Assembly (NCBI GenBank): GCA_963733375.1
Contig: CAVTDB010000003.1
Coordinates: forward strand, 282,852-346,851
Direction of reading: 5' to 3'
DNA length: 64,000 nucleotides
From: Nitrospirota bacterium
Lineage (GTDB): Bacteria; Nitrospirota; JACRHJ01
A program made the position numbers and the translations under genes. Shown piece after piece: positions 24,099 through 34,410 of this stretch. The notes below the pieces were generated by a model, which was not told the DNA's origin, did no database searches, and saw nothing but the letters and a program-made list of their open reading frames with translations. Positions within the stretch are counted from its first letter, which is position 1; every line of letters starts with the position of its first letter.

Positions 24099-25516
24099 AG
24101 GACCTCTACTGCGTAATCCTGGCCGCGGGGCTCGGGACGAGGATGAAGTCATCGCTTGCGAAGGTCCTGCACCCGGTGGCCGGCCGTCCCATGCTGATGT
24201 ACACGCTGGACAACGTACTCGCGCTTAAGCCCGTAAAGACTGCGGTTGTGGTGGGACACCAGGCGGATAAGGTAAAGGCGCTTTTGCCGCCGGGTGTTGT
24301 CCCGGCCTTCCAGAAGGAGCAGAAGGGTACGGCTCACGCGGCCTCTGTCGGCCTTGGCAGGCTCGGCGCGGCCAGTGGGGCAAAGGGGGGGGCCAAAGGG
24401 GGGGCAGGGGACACGCTCCTTCTGGTGTCCGGCGACACCCCGCTCCTGGGCCACGAGACGCTGAAGGGACTGATCTCATACCATAAACGAAAAAAGGCGG
24501 ATATAACCGTCCTCACCGCGTACCTCGACGACCCCACGGGCTACGGCAGGATAGTGCGGGAAGACGGGATAGTAAAAAGGATCGTCGAGCAGAAGGACGC
24601 GACACCTTCCGAGCGGGAGATATGCGAGATAAACTCCGGCACGTACTGCTTCGATATCGCGAGCCTTAAAAAAGCGCTCAGTGAAGTGCGTTCCGAAAAC
24701 GCCCAGGGGGAGTTCTACCTGACCGACGTGATAGAGATAGTGCAAAAAAACGGCGGCAAGGTGGCGGGGCTCCCGGTGGACGACCCGATGGTCGCCATGG
24801 GGGTGAACTCGCGGACGGAACTGGCCATGGCCGAGAGGGAAATAAGGAAACAAATAAACCAGCGCCTCATGGCCTCCGGCGTAACGATGACAGACCCGGA
24901 AAGCACTTACATTTCCGCCGAGGTAAAAATAGGACCGGACACCATAATCCATCCCGGCAACCATATTACGGGCAATACTTCGATCGGCCCCGGGTGCATC
25001 CTGATGCCGGGGAATATCATCTCCGGGAGCGTAATCGGCGGGGGAGTCAAGGTCAAGGGCTATTCGGTCATCGAGGATTCAAGGATCGCCGAAAGGGCTG
25101 AAGTGGGTCCGTTCGCGCACCTCCGGCCAGGAAGCGTCGTCGGGGCCGAGGCGCGTGTGGGCAATTTCGTGGAGCTTAAAAAGGCGGAGATCGGACAGGG
25201 GACGAAGGCGTCGCACCTGACGTACCTGGGCGACGCGGTTATCGGCAGGAACGTCAACATAGGCGCCGGGACCATCACCTGCAACTACGACGGATTTTCC
25301 AAGTTCAAGACGGTCATAGGCGACGACGTGTTCGTGGGAAGCGACACCCAGTTCATCGCCCCGGTGAATATCGGCAACGGGGCGCTCATCGCGGCGGGCA
25401 GCACGATAACCAAAGACGTGCCGGACAACGCCCTGGCGCTTTCCCGCGCGCCGCAGATGAACCGGGAAAACTGGGCGAAAGAGAACAGAAGCAGAAAAAT
25501 AAAAAAGAAAAGCTAA
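24095..25516 (+). CDS. glmU: Bifunctional UDP-GlcNAc pyrophosphorylase/glucosamine-1-P acetyltransferase
   Basis: 'ILAAGLGTRMKS', 'EFYLTD', hexapeptide repeats, and 'HLTYLGDA...GAGTITCNYDG'. Confidence 0.97.
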   Translation: MKDLYCVILAAGLGTRMKSSLAKVLHPVAGRPMLMYTLDNVLALKPVKTAVVVGHQADKVKALLPPGVVPAFQKEQKGTAHAASVGLGRLGAASGAKGGAKGGAGDTLLLVSGDTPLLGHETLKGLISYHKRKKADITVLTAYLDDPTGYGRIVREDGIVKRIVEQKDATPSEREICEINSGTYCFDIASLKKALSEVRSENAQGEFYLTDVIEIVQKNGGKVAGLPVDDPMVAMGVNSRTELAMAEREIRKQINQRLMASGVTMTDPESTYISAEVKIGPDTIIHPGNHITGNTSIGPGCILMPGNIISGSVIGGGVKVKGYSVIEDSRIAERAEVGPFAHLRPGSVVGAEARVGNFVELKKAEIGQGTKASHLTYLGDAVIGRNVNIGAGTITCNYDGFSKFKTVIGDDVFVGSDTQFIAPVNIGNGALIAAGSTITKDVPDNALALSRAPQMNRENWAKENRSRKIKKKS

Positions 25517-25519
25517 ACC

Positions 25520-25615
25520 CTTCTTTCTTTTCGGGTGAAAAGAAAGAAGCAAAGAAAAGCCGGACTTAAACACCGCTTTCTTTTGCTTCTTTTCTTTCCC
25601 GCGAAAGAAAAGAAG
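25520..25615. repeat. REP-like inverted hairpin doublet, copy 1 (glmU-glmS intergenic)
   Basis: cttctttcttttc-gggt-gaaaagaaagaag+caaagaaaagc, and the inverted gctttcttttg+cttcttttctttc-ccgc-gaaagaaaagaag. Confidence 0.75.
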
Positions 25616-25629
25616 GAGAATTGGAACTT

Positions 25630-27462
25630 ATGTGCGGAATTGTCGGATACATAGGCGGGCAGAACGCGGTGCCCATACTGATTGACGGCCTCAAAAGGCT
25701 TGAGTACCGGGGATACGACTCCGCCGGCATCGCCTTCTTTCAGGACGGGAAGCTGGGCGTACGCAGGAGCGTCGGGAAGCTCAGGAACCTTGAGGCGGCT
25801 ATACAAGGCGAGCTTTTATACTCGAACCTCGGCATCGGCCACACCCGCTGGGCGACCCATGGCAGGCCCTCTGAGGAGAACGCCCACCCGCACAGGTCCG
25901 GTAAGTTCGTCGTGGTGCATAACGGCATCATAGAAAACTACGTGCAGCTTAAAGAAAAGCTCGCGGAAAAGGGACATATCTTTACATCTGAGACGGATAC
26001 CGAGGTGATAGCCCACCTTATCGATGAGCACGCCAGGAAAGGCGCTGACTTGGTAAAGGCGACCCGGAAGGCGCTCTCCGAGCTTAAAGGGGCATACGCC
26101 ATAGGCGTTGTGGCCGAGGACGAGCCGGATATCCTTGTCGCGGCGCGGGCGGGCTGTCCCCTGGTGATCGGCATGGGCAGGCAGGAATATTTCATAGCGT
26201 CGGACCTCCCGCCGATCCTGAACTATACGAAAGAAGCGATATTCTTAGACGACTTCGAGATGGCGGTCCTCTCCCGCGAGGGCGTGCAGGTGACGGACCT
26301 TAAAGGCAGGCACAAAGAAAAAGAGATATCGAGGGTGCTCTGGAACCCGGTGATGGCGGAGAAGGGCGGGTACAAGCACTTCATGCTGAAGGAGATTTAC
26401 GAGCAGCCAAGGGCGATTACGGACACCTTCCGCGGCAGGATATCACCGGAGACGGGGAGCGTTTACCTCGAGGAGATGGGAATTCCTGAGGCCCAGCTAA
26501 AGAAAATAAAGAAGGTGACCCTTGTGGCCTGCGGGACTTCATGGCATGCCTGCCTCATCGGCAAGACTATGCTGGAGGAGCTGGCCCGGATACCCTGCGA
26601 GGTGGATATCGCAAGCGAATTCCGCTACCGGCAGCCGATAATAGACAAGTCTACCCTGCTTATCGCGATTACCCAGTCCGGCGAGACAGCGGACACGCTG
26701 GCCGCGATGAGGGAAGCCGCCAAAAGGGGGGTCAAGAGTGTCGCGATATGCAATGTCGTCGGCAGCACCGCGGCTAGGGAGGCCGACGGCGTAGTATATA
26801 CCCATGCCGGGCCGGAAATCGGCGTGGCGTCCACAAAGGCCTTCACCGCCCAGCTGACCGCGCTCTTTCTGCTCGCGCTTCATTTCGGCAAGTCGCGCGG
26901 CAACTTGAGCGATGAGCAGATGAAGGTGTACCTGGACGAACTGGTGAAGATACCCTCTAAGGCGGAGAAGCTCCTTTTAGATACGGAAGAGGGGATAAAA
27001 AAGCTGGCCAAGGAATTTTTCAGGAATACCGATTTCCTTTACCTCGGGCGCGGGTACAGCTATCCGGTGGCTTTGGAGGGCGCGCTAAAGCTGAAAGAAA
27101 TTTCGTATATCCATGCGGAGGGCTATCCCGCTGGTGAGATGAAGCACGGGCCTATAGCGCTGATAGACGAGAAGATGCCCGTGGTGGTGCTGGCGCCGAA
27201 GGACCCGGTATACGAGAAGGTGTCTTCCAATATCGAGGAGGTGCGCTCGCGCGGCGGGCGGGTCATAGCATTCGTAACGGACGGCGACAGGTGCCTGAAC
27301 ACTAAGGCGGACTACCTGTTCTGCGTGCCGGAGACGCTTCCCTGCCTCTCTCCGATACTGATGACGATACCTCTCCAGCTGTTGGCGTACCATATCGCGG
27401 TGCTAAGGGGAAGCGACGTGGACCAGCCCAGAAATCTGGCTAAGAGCGTGACCGTGGAGTAA
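25630..27462 (+). CDS. glmS: Glutamine--fructose-6-phosphate aminotransferase
   Basis: MCGIVG start, 'GHTRWATHG', 'SGETADT' and 'PRNLAKSVTVE'. Confidence 0.98.
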   Translation: MCGIVGYIGGQNAVPILIDGLKRLEYRGYDSAGIAFFQDGKLGVRRSVGKLRNLEAAIQGELLYSNLGIGHTRWATHGRPSEENAHPHRSGKFVVVHNGIIENYVQLKEKLAEKGHIFTSETDTEVIAHLIDEHARKGADLVKATRKALSELKGAYAIGVVAEDEPDILVAARAGCPLVIGMGRQEYFIASDLPPILNYTKEAIFLDDFEMAVLSREGVQVTDLKGRHKEKEISRVLWNPVMAEKGGYKHFMLKEIYEQPRAITDTFRGRISPETGSVYLEEMGIPEAQLKKIKKVTLVACGTSWHACLIGKTMLEELARIPCEVDIASEFRYRQPIIDKSTLLIAITQSGETADTLAAMREAAKRGVKSVAICNVVGSTAAREADGVVYTHAGPEIGVASTKAFTAQLTALFLLALHFGKSRGNLSDEQMKVYLDELVKIPSKAEKLLLDTEEGIKKLAKEFFRNTDFLYLGRGYSYPVALEGALKLKEISYIHAEGYPAGEMKHGPIALIDEKMPVVVLAPKDPVYEKVSSNIEEVRSRGGRVIAFVTDGDRCLNTKADYLFCVPETLPCLSPILMTIPLQLLAYHIAVLRGSDVDQPRNLAKSVTVE

Positions 27463-27465
27463 ACC

Positions 27466-27557
27466 GTTACTTTTCTTTCAGGTGAAAGAAAAGTAACACA
27501 AAAGAAAGCCGGACAGTTTAAAAGTTTTTGGCGCTACCTTTTTACCAAAAAGGTGGC
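27466..27557. repeat. REP-like hairpin doublet, copy 2 (glmS-pcrA intergenic)
   Basis: gttacttttctttca-gg-tgaaagaaaagtaac+acaaaagaaagc ... aaagtttttggc+gctaccttttt-acc-aaaaaggtggc. Confidence 0.75.
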
Positions 27558-27599
27558 AAAGGTTTTTTTTTATTGGCATTTGCAGGAAGGCGGCAGTAT

Positions 27600-29782
27600 A
27601 TGAAGGCTTTGGGCGACCTAAACAAAGAGCAGAGGGAAGCGGTAACCCAATGTGAAGGCCCCCTGCTGATTTTAGCGGGCGCCGGAAGCGGCAAGACCAG
27701 GACCATTACCTACAGGATCGCATATCTGATTAAGAAACTCGGGGTGCAGCCTGGCGAGGTGTTCGCGGTCACTTTCACGAACAAGGCGGCCAGAGAGATG
27801 CTGGCGAGGGTGGAGGAGCTTCTTGGCCGCTCCGCCCGCGGAATGTGGGTATCCACGTTCCATTCCGCGTGCGCAAGGATACTCCGCGAGGACATTGGCC
27901 TTCTGGGCTACCCGAAAAACTTCACGATCGCGGACGCGGCGGATTCGCTGGCGCTGCTGAAATCCTGCATGAACGACCTGGGGATAAGCGACAGGCTTTT
28001 CTCCCCACGTCAGGTGGCGGCCAAAATAAGCTCGCTGAAGACCGCCATCGCCACCCCGGAGGATTTTGCCGGCGCGGCGCAGCAGTTTGGTTTCGAGTCC
28101 AAGGTGGCGAAGATTTACCCGCTCTACCAGGAACGCATGAAGAACTCCGGGGTACTGGATTTCGACGACCTCCTGATGCTGACCGTGCAGCTCCTCAAGG
28201 GGCACCGCAAGGTCCTGAACAAGTACCACGACACTTTCAGATATATCATGGTGGACGAGTACCAGGACACCAATACCGCCCAATACAAGATGATAAAGCT
28301 CCTCGCCGGGAAGAACAGGAACCTCTGCGTGGTCGGGGACGACGACCAGTCGATATATGGCTGGCGCGGCGCGGACATCCGGAATATCCTGGATTTCGAG
28401 AAAGACTATCCCGACGCGAAGGTCATAAAGCTGGAGCAGAACTACCGCTCCACCCAGGGGATACTGGACGCGGCGTGGTCCCTGGTCTGCAATAACCCGG
28501 GACGGCGGCCAAAGAAACTGTGGACGGAACTTGGCCAGGGCGACAAGGCGGAGCACGTCCGGGTAATGGACGAGGAAGCGGAGGCGTCCAGTATCGCGAA
28601 AGAGATTTCCAAGCAGATAAAGGATGGCCGCTCGCTAAAGGATTTCGCCGTCCTGTACCGCACGAACACCCAGTCCCGCACCATAGAAGAGGCGTTCCGC
28701 AGGGAAGGGATACCTTACGTCGTCGTTGGCGGGATGAAGTTCTACGACCGCAAGGAGGTCAAGGACCTTATAACTTACCTGAAAGTGGTCTCCAACCCGA
28801 AAGACTCCGTCAGCCTGAAGCGGATTATAAACACCCCGCCTAGGGGCATCGGCGAAGCGACCATGAAGAAGGCGATGGAGTCCGGCGCTTATCAGAGCCT
28901 GCCGCTTATCGATAACCTGCACCGGCTCGTTCAGGACGAGGGCATGGGCACGGGCCCCAGGCGAAGGATAAGCGACTTCCTGACAATCCTCTCCGAACTG
29001 GCGGAGATGAAGGCGGAACACGGCCCGGCATATCTGCTTGATAAAATCCTGATCAAAACGAGATACCTGGAGCACCTGCGTGAGAGCCTGGGCGCCGAAT
29101 CCCAGGGGAAGATCGACAACATAAAAGAGGTCCTGTCGTCCATCAAGCAGTTCGAGGAGGAATCGCAAGACCCCTCCCTGGAGGCTTATCTCTCTCAGGT
29201 CTCGCTCATCACGGACTGGGACAGCGCCAAGGCGTCAAGCGAGGCCGTAACGCTTATGACCCTGCACCTTAGCAAGGGCCTCGAATTCCCGGTGGTTTTC
29301 ATCGCCGGGATGGAGGAAGGGCTTATCCCGCACGCCCAGTCGAAGTGCGACGAGCGGGAGATGGAAGAGGAGCGCAGGCTCCTTTACGTGGGGATGACGC
29401 GTGCGAAGAAAAAGCTCTACCTGTTTTCATCCGTGACCAGGCGGCTGGCCGGGTTGACCCAGTCGAACAGGCCATCCCGGTTCCTGGACGAGATACCGGC
29501 CGAACTGATCCAATGCCGCAAAATGGGCGCATCCGCGAGGAAAAACGTGGAAACCCATACGTTATTCGGCCCATACGTTCGCGGTAATGCCTTGCGCGAC
29601 TGAAGAGAGGCATGCAGCCCAGCCCGTTCAAGAGCGGCTGTCAGGTGCGCCATCCCATGTGGGGATGCGGCGTAATCGAGAAGTCCGAAGGCAGGGGAGA
29701 ATGTCAGAAATTGACGGTGCTTTTTGCAAGCGTCGGCAAGAAGAAGCTCCTTGCGAAGGCGGCAAACCTTAAATTAACATAA
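27600..29782 (+). CDS. pcrA: UvrD/PcrA ATP-dependent DNA helicase (indel near 29590; Tudor-like C-terminus in another frame)
   Basis: 'AGAGSGKT', 'VDEYQDTN', 'VGDDDQSIYGWRGA', 'KGLEF' and 'EERRLLYVGMTRA'; tail 'VRHPMWGCG...VGKKKL'. Confidence 0.93.
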
Positions 29783-29813
29783 AGTGCGGAGGAGCCTCCG
29801 GCGCGTCGATAAA

Positions 29814-29857
29814 TGAAACTAAAAAATGCCCGCATTTGCGGGCATTTTTTAGTTTCA
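29814..29857. terminator. Bidirectional terminator between convergent genes
   Basis: tgaaactaaaaaatgcccgca-tt-tgcgggcattttttagtttca, a perfect inverted repeat. Confidence 0.85.
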
Positions 29858-29896
29858 GCAAATTTCATTCCCTAAGAAAACGGGAACCCGGCGGCT

Positions 29897-30619
29897 TTAA
29901 GAATTTGCATTCAGTATCGACGGGCTTATCTCGACCTTGTTGCTCTTCCTAAGGCCTTCCTGGAAGGACGCCACCGCCTTTTCCTGCATGACCGTAGTCA
30001 GCATCCTCCTGAGGTTCTCCTTCTGGGTCTGGAACTCTTTTTCGTCGAATTCCTTCTTCTGGCTTGCAAGGTGGGCCTTATAAAAATCCCTCAGTTCGTT
30101 ATCGGTAACGTAAACCGAATCCTTCACCATATTCCGGAACTTATCCGCAAGCATCTCGTCCCTGAGCTGGTGCTCGTATAATGCCGGCGTCATCCCGTTT
30201 GCCTGGAGCACCTGGGCATAGCGAGAGCGGTCAAATCTCCCGCTATCGTCCTGAAAAGATTTATTCCCCGTAACGGCATCGGAAAGCTCCTGGTCCGTTA
30301 CGGTAAGACCCTGTTTCTGTGCCTCATCCACGAGGAGCTTCTGGTCCACCAGGGCCTGGATTGTCCTCTTGTTTAAATCCAGCCTCTTCAGTACGTCCTC
30401 GGGGATATTCCCCTTGTACAGGTTACGGTAGAACTCCTGCATCCGGTCCAGGGCTTCCTCGTACTGGACCATCGTTATTTTTTCCTTCCCCACCTTCGCG
30501 GCGTAGTCCGCTACATCTTCTTTCCCCATCATCCATCCGCCCGTCACGACGAACGTGAGGGTGACGACCGCGAGAAGCACCTTGATAAGCACCGGGTGCC
30601 GGTGGATAAGCTCAATCAT
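29897..30619 (-). CDS. SurA N-terminal domain (PpiD-like chaperone without rotamase domain)
   Basis: TM anchor, 'AAKVGKEKIT', 'GLTVTDQEL' and 'FQDDSGRFDRSRY'. Confidence 0.85.
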   Translation of the reverse strand: MIELIHRHPVLIKVLLAVVTLTFVVTGGWMMGKEDVADYAAKVGKEKITMVQYEEALDRMQEFYRNLYKGNIPEDVLKRLDLNKRTIQALVDQKLLVDEAQKQGLTVTDQELSDAVTGNKSFQDDSGRFDRSRYAQVLQANGMTPALYEHQLRDEMLADKFRNMVKDSVYVTDNELRDFYKAHLASQKKEFDEKEFQTQKENLRRMLTTVMQEKAVASFQEGLRKSNKVEISPSILNANS

Positions 30620-30646
30620 GTTTAATAGCTCCTTTAAAAAAAATTC

Positions 30647-30753
30647 GTTACTTTTCTTTTGGAAAAAAGAAAAGTAACCAAAAGAAAATCGTGAATTGTT
30701 TTAGCTGTACAAGTCCAAAAGTTTTTGGTGTTACCTTTTTCCAAAAAGGTAAC
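30647..30753. repeat. REP-like hairpin doublet, copy 3 (moaC-surA intergenic)
   Basis: gttacttttctttt-ggaa-aaaagaaaagtaac+caaaagaaa ... aaaagtttttggt+gttaccttttt-cc-aaaaaggtaac. Confidence 0.78.
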
Positions 30754-30797
30754 GGTCTTTCATAAAAAGAGAATATTAACGGAAAAATGCTTTTGAA

Positions 30798-31287
30798 TCA
30801 AGAGTTTTTTCCTGGCCGGGTAAAATGTCCGGAGCGCCCGCCGGACTTCTCCATCAGGCATATACCCGTAATCTCCATCCCCCGGTCCACCGCCTTGCAC
30901 ATGTCGTATATTGTAAGGGCCGCGACTGTTACCGCCGTCAGGGCCTCCATCTCCACGCCGGTCCTGGCCGTCACCTTCGCCTCCGCGCAAATTTCCACCG
31001 CACTGGCATTTCTCGTCCAGCTCAAAGTCGATGACTACCTTCTCCAGCGGCAGGGGGTGGCAGAGCGGTATCAGCCCGGATGTCTTTTTTGCCGCCATAA
31101 TACCCGCAATACGCGCGACCTCCAGGACGTCTCCCTTCGCCGCCCCTTTGTCCTTTATCAGCCTGAAGGTCTCCGCCGCCATCAGCACCCGGCCCACTGC
31201 CACGGCTACCCGCTCCGTCACGTCCTTCCCGGATACGTCCACCATCCGCGAGGCCCCCTTTTCGTCGAAATGAGTCAGCTCGGCCAT
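30798..31287 (-). CDS. moaC: Cyclic pyranopterin monophosphate synthase MoaC (one indel)
   Basis: 'LTHFD..G.SRMVDVS.K', 'LIPLCHPL', 'TGVEMEAL', 'YDMCKAVD' and 'KSGGRSG'. Confidence 0.93.
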
Positions 31288-31288
31288 T

Positions 31289-32291
31289 TTACCCCCCGAT
31301 CCTGCTCATGGTGCGGCGGTATTTATCTTTTACGCCGTCGGCTATGGAATGGCCTTCCGGCTTCACGGATAGCGCAATCGATATAAGACGTGAAAGCTCC
31401 GCATCGTCACATCCCGCCCTGAGCGGGGTCTTCAAGTCTATCTCCGTCTCCGAAAACAGACAGGGACGAATTTTCCCGTCGGCCGTCAGCCTCAGCCTGT
31501 TGCAACTTCCGCAGAAGTGGTTGGAGAGCGGGCTGATGAAGCCTAATATCCCCTTCGCGCCGGGGAGCCGGTAAAGCCTTGCGGGGCCCGCCTGCCGCCC
31601 CTTGCCCCCCCTGCCCCCTCTGCTCCACGGGGATAAGCTCGCCCAGGGTAGAGATTTTCTCCATTATCTCGCCTTCCGTCATCACCTTCGATTCTTCCCA
31701 CATCGCGCGGTGGCCGATGGGCATAAACTCGATGAACCGGACCTGGTAGGGCTTCAGGAGAGTCAGGCGCGCGAACTCCCGTACTTCTTCACCGTTAAAG
31801 CCCTTGATCGCCACGACGTTTATCTTTATCGGGTCAAAACCCGCCTCTTCCGCCTGATGTATCCCTTCCAGGACGTCTTTAAGCTCTCCGCCCCTGGTGA
31901 GTTCCCGGAACCTGTCCGGGTCCAGCGAGTCGAGGCTTACGTTTATCCTCCTAAGCCCGGCATCCGCCAGTTCCCGGGCCATCCGCCCAAGCAGGAGCCC
32001 GTTGGTCGTAAGGGAGAGGTCCTCTATGCCCGGTATGGCGGCGATCTCCCGCACCAGGCTTGTTACGCCTTTTCTGATGAGAGGCTCGCCTCCCGTCAGA
32101 CGCACTTTTTTTATACCGTCCTCCGCCGCCACCTTCACTATCCGCAGTATCTCCTCGTACCGGAGGATCGCCTCGTGGGGCAGCCTGGGCACGCCAGCCG
32201 AAGGCATGCAATAGACACAGCGTAGGTTGCACCTGTCCGTGATGGAGATGCGGAGGTAGTCTATCTTCCGGTTAACCCTGTCGAGCATCAT
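31289..32291 (-). CDS. moaA: GTP 3',8-cyclase MoaA (one indel near 31590)
   Basis: '[19 protein letters not shown]'; second frame gives '[19 protein letters not shown]' and ends 'MSRIGG'. Confidence 0.93.
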
Positions 32292-32439
32292 CTTTTTCCG
32301 CCTTTATAAGCTATTTTAAGTCCAAAAATGTTTCAAAGCAAGAAGTTTGGGATTAATTTTTATTGACATGCCCCGGCCCGAGGATATAAACTTCCGCAGT
32401 TATTTTTCGTTCTATGGAAACCTGTGCCTTAAGCCTGAG

Positions 32440-34410
32440 ATGGAAACGGAAAGTCCTGAAATAGCCTCGCCAAAAAGTACCCGGAAGATTTCCAGCGCCT
32501 GCTACCTCCTCTATGCCGCCGGATGCCTGGTCATGGGAGTTCTCTCCCTCAGGGACCTTGTCGGGGGATATGCCTGGACTTTTGCGGTCCCCCTGTCCAG
32601 CGTCATGGCCCTGAGCTTCAAGGGGGGCGGGCTTTCGACATACTTCGCCCTTATACTCTCCGTCCTGGGTTTTGCCGTCTCCGTCTATTCTGCCGGCTAC
32701 TCCCGGCACTTCAAATCGCCCTGGACCTCCGCCCTGCTTTTCGGAATCTTTCTGGCCTCCATGTATGCCGTGTTCTTTTCGGCGAATATCCCGGCATTTC
32801 TCATCTCCTGGGAGACGATGTCCCTGGCCAGCTATTTCCTGGTCGTCTCGGATACGGAAAACCAGGAAGCGGAGCGCGCCGGGCTCTTCTACGGCGTCAT
32901 GACCCATGTCGGCACGGCGTTCATCATAGCCGCGTTCCTGGTCATGTATTTCGCCACCGGCTCGCTTGAGTTTGCCGCCATCAAGGCCGGCCTCCACGGC
33001 TCCGGTACCTTAAGGTCGGTCATCTTCGTCCTCTCGCTCATCGGGTTCGGGACGAAGGCGGGAATAATCCCCCTGCATAGCTGGCTCCCGAGGGCGCATC
33101 CCGCGGCGCCGTCCAACGTCTCCGCGCTCATGTCCGGCGTGATGATAAAGTCCGGCATATACGGCATCCTTTTTGTCTCGCTGGGTATCCTTGGCGGTCT
33201 TGGCGGAGGCGGAAGCCTCTGGTGGGGGGTGGTAGTGCTTTGCGCGGGCGCGGTTTCGTCGGTTATGGGGATCATGTATGCACTGATGGAGCGCGATATA
33301 AAGAGGCTCCTGGCATACAGCAGCGTGGAGAACGTCGGCATTATCCTTTTGGGGATTGGCGGGTCCATTATTTTTTCCGCCAACGGTCTGCCCGCGCTGG
33401 CTGGCTTGTCCCTTGCCGCTGCGCTGTACCACACGTTAAACCACGCCGTATTCAAGGGGCTGCTCTTTATGGGTGCGGGCTCCGCCGTCCATGCGATGGG
33501 TACCAAGAACATGGAGAAGATGGGCGGGCTGATAAAGCGGATGCCTTTGACCGCGCTTTTCTTCCTGACCGGTTCGGTGGCGATATGCGCGCTTCCGCCG
33601 TTCAACGGGTTCGTGAGCGAATGGCTCACGTTCCAGTCCCTCGTCCTGGGTATCAAGACCTCTGTCGTCCTTACGAAGACATTCATGCTCCTTGCCGGGG
33701 CCGCGCTCGCCCTGACCGGGGCGCTTGCCGCATCGAGCTTTGTCAAGGCGTTCGGGATATCCTTCCTGGGGGTTCCGAGAAGCCGGGAAGCCGAAGATGC
33801 CCATGAGGCGTCTATTTCGATGCTTTTCGGTATGGGCATTCTGTCCATTTTGTGCCTGCTCCTGGGTATCTTCCCCGGATACGTCCTGAAGCTCATCTCA
33901 ACCGTCCCCCTGCCCGGGCTGGCAAACCTGCCGCAGTTCGCCCCGGGGATATTTACCCTGGCCGGCGGAGGCGCGGCCGGGGTCCTGCCTGCCGCAATCC
34001 TTATAGCCATGGTTGCCGGCGCCGGGGCAATTTATATCTTCCCGAAATTTTACGGCGGCAAGAGGAAAGTGACCGAGGGCGACCCCTGGGACTGCGGCCT
34101 CAGGAGGCTCACCCCCAGCATGCAATATACGGCAACGGCGTTTACCCATCCGCTTCGCCGGATATTCAAAAAAATATACAAGCCGCGGAAAGAAGTGCGG
34201 ATAGAGTATGTCGTGAAGCCGTTTTTCACCCGCGAGATAGAGTACCGCTCGGAGATAACGCCTTTCTTCGATATGTATCTCTACACACCGCTGACCCGCA
34301 CGGTGAACAGTCTGGCGCATTCCGCAAAAAAGCTTCAGTCGGGGAACCTCCAGCTCTATCTGGGATACATACTGGTGACGCTCGTAGTTTTATTGGTGGT
34401 CTGGGGTTAA
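32440..34410 (+). CDS. HyfB/EhrA-like proton-translocating antiporter subunit (start uncertain)
   Basis: 'WETMSLASYFLV', 'PLHSWLPRAHPAAPSNVSALMSG', 'KRLLAYSSVEN', 'PPFNGFVSEW' and 'WDCG...MQYT'. Confidence 0.88.
   Translation: METESPEIASPKSTRKISSACYLLYAAGCLVMGVLSLRDLVGGYAWTFAVPLSSVMALSFKGGGLSTYFALILSVLGFAVSVYSAGYSRHFKSPWTSALLFGIFLASMYAVFFSANIPAFLISWETMSLASYFLVVSDTENQEAERAGLFYGVMTHVGTAFIIAAFLVMYFATGSLEFAAIKAGLHGSGTLRSVIFVLSLIGFGTKAGIIPLHSWLPRAHPAAPSNVSALMSGVMIKSGIYGILFVSLGILGGLGGGGSLWWGVVVLCAGAVSSVMGIMYALMERDIKRLLAYSSVENVGIILLGIGGSIIFSANGLPALAGLSLAAALYHTLNHAVFKGLLFMGAGSAVHAMGTKNMEKMGGLIKRMPLTALFFLTGSVAICALPPFNGFVSEWLTFQSLVLGIKTSVVLTKTFMLLAGAALALTGALAASSFVKAFGISFLGVPRSREAEDAHEASISMLFGMGILSILCLLLGIFPGYVLKLISTVPLPGLANLPQFAPGIFTLAGGGAAGVLPAAILIAMVAGAGAIYIFPKFYGGKRKVTEGDPWDCGLRRLTPSMQYTATAFTHPLRRIFKKIYKPRKEVRIEYVVKPFFTREIEYRSEITPFFDMYLYTPLTRTVNSLAHSAKKLQSGNLQLYLGYILVTLVVLLVVWG

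Noticed and set aside
25517-25629. glmS ribozyme
   Set aside because: No ribozyme core is recognisable; the gap is filled by the hairpin doublet that also occurs at two other loci.
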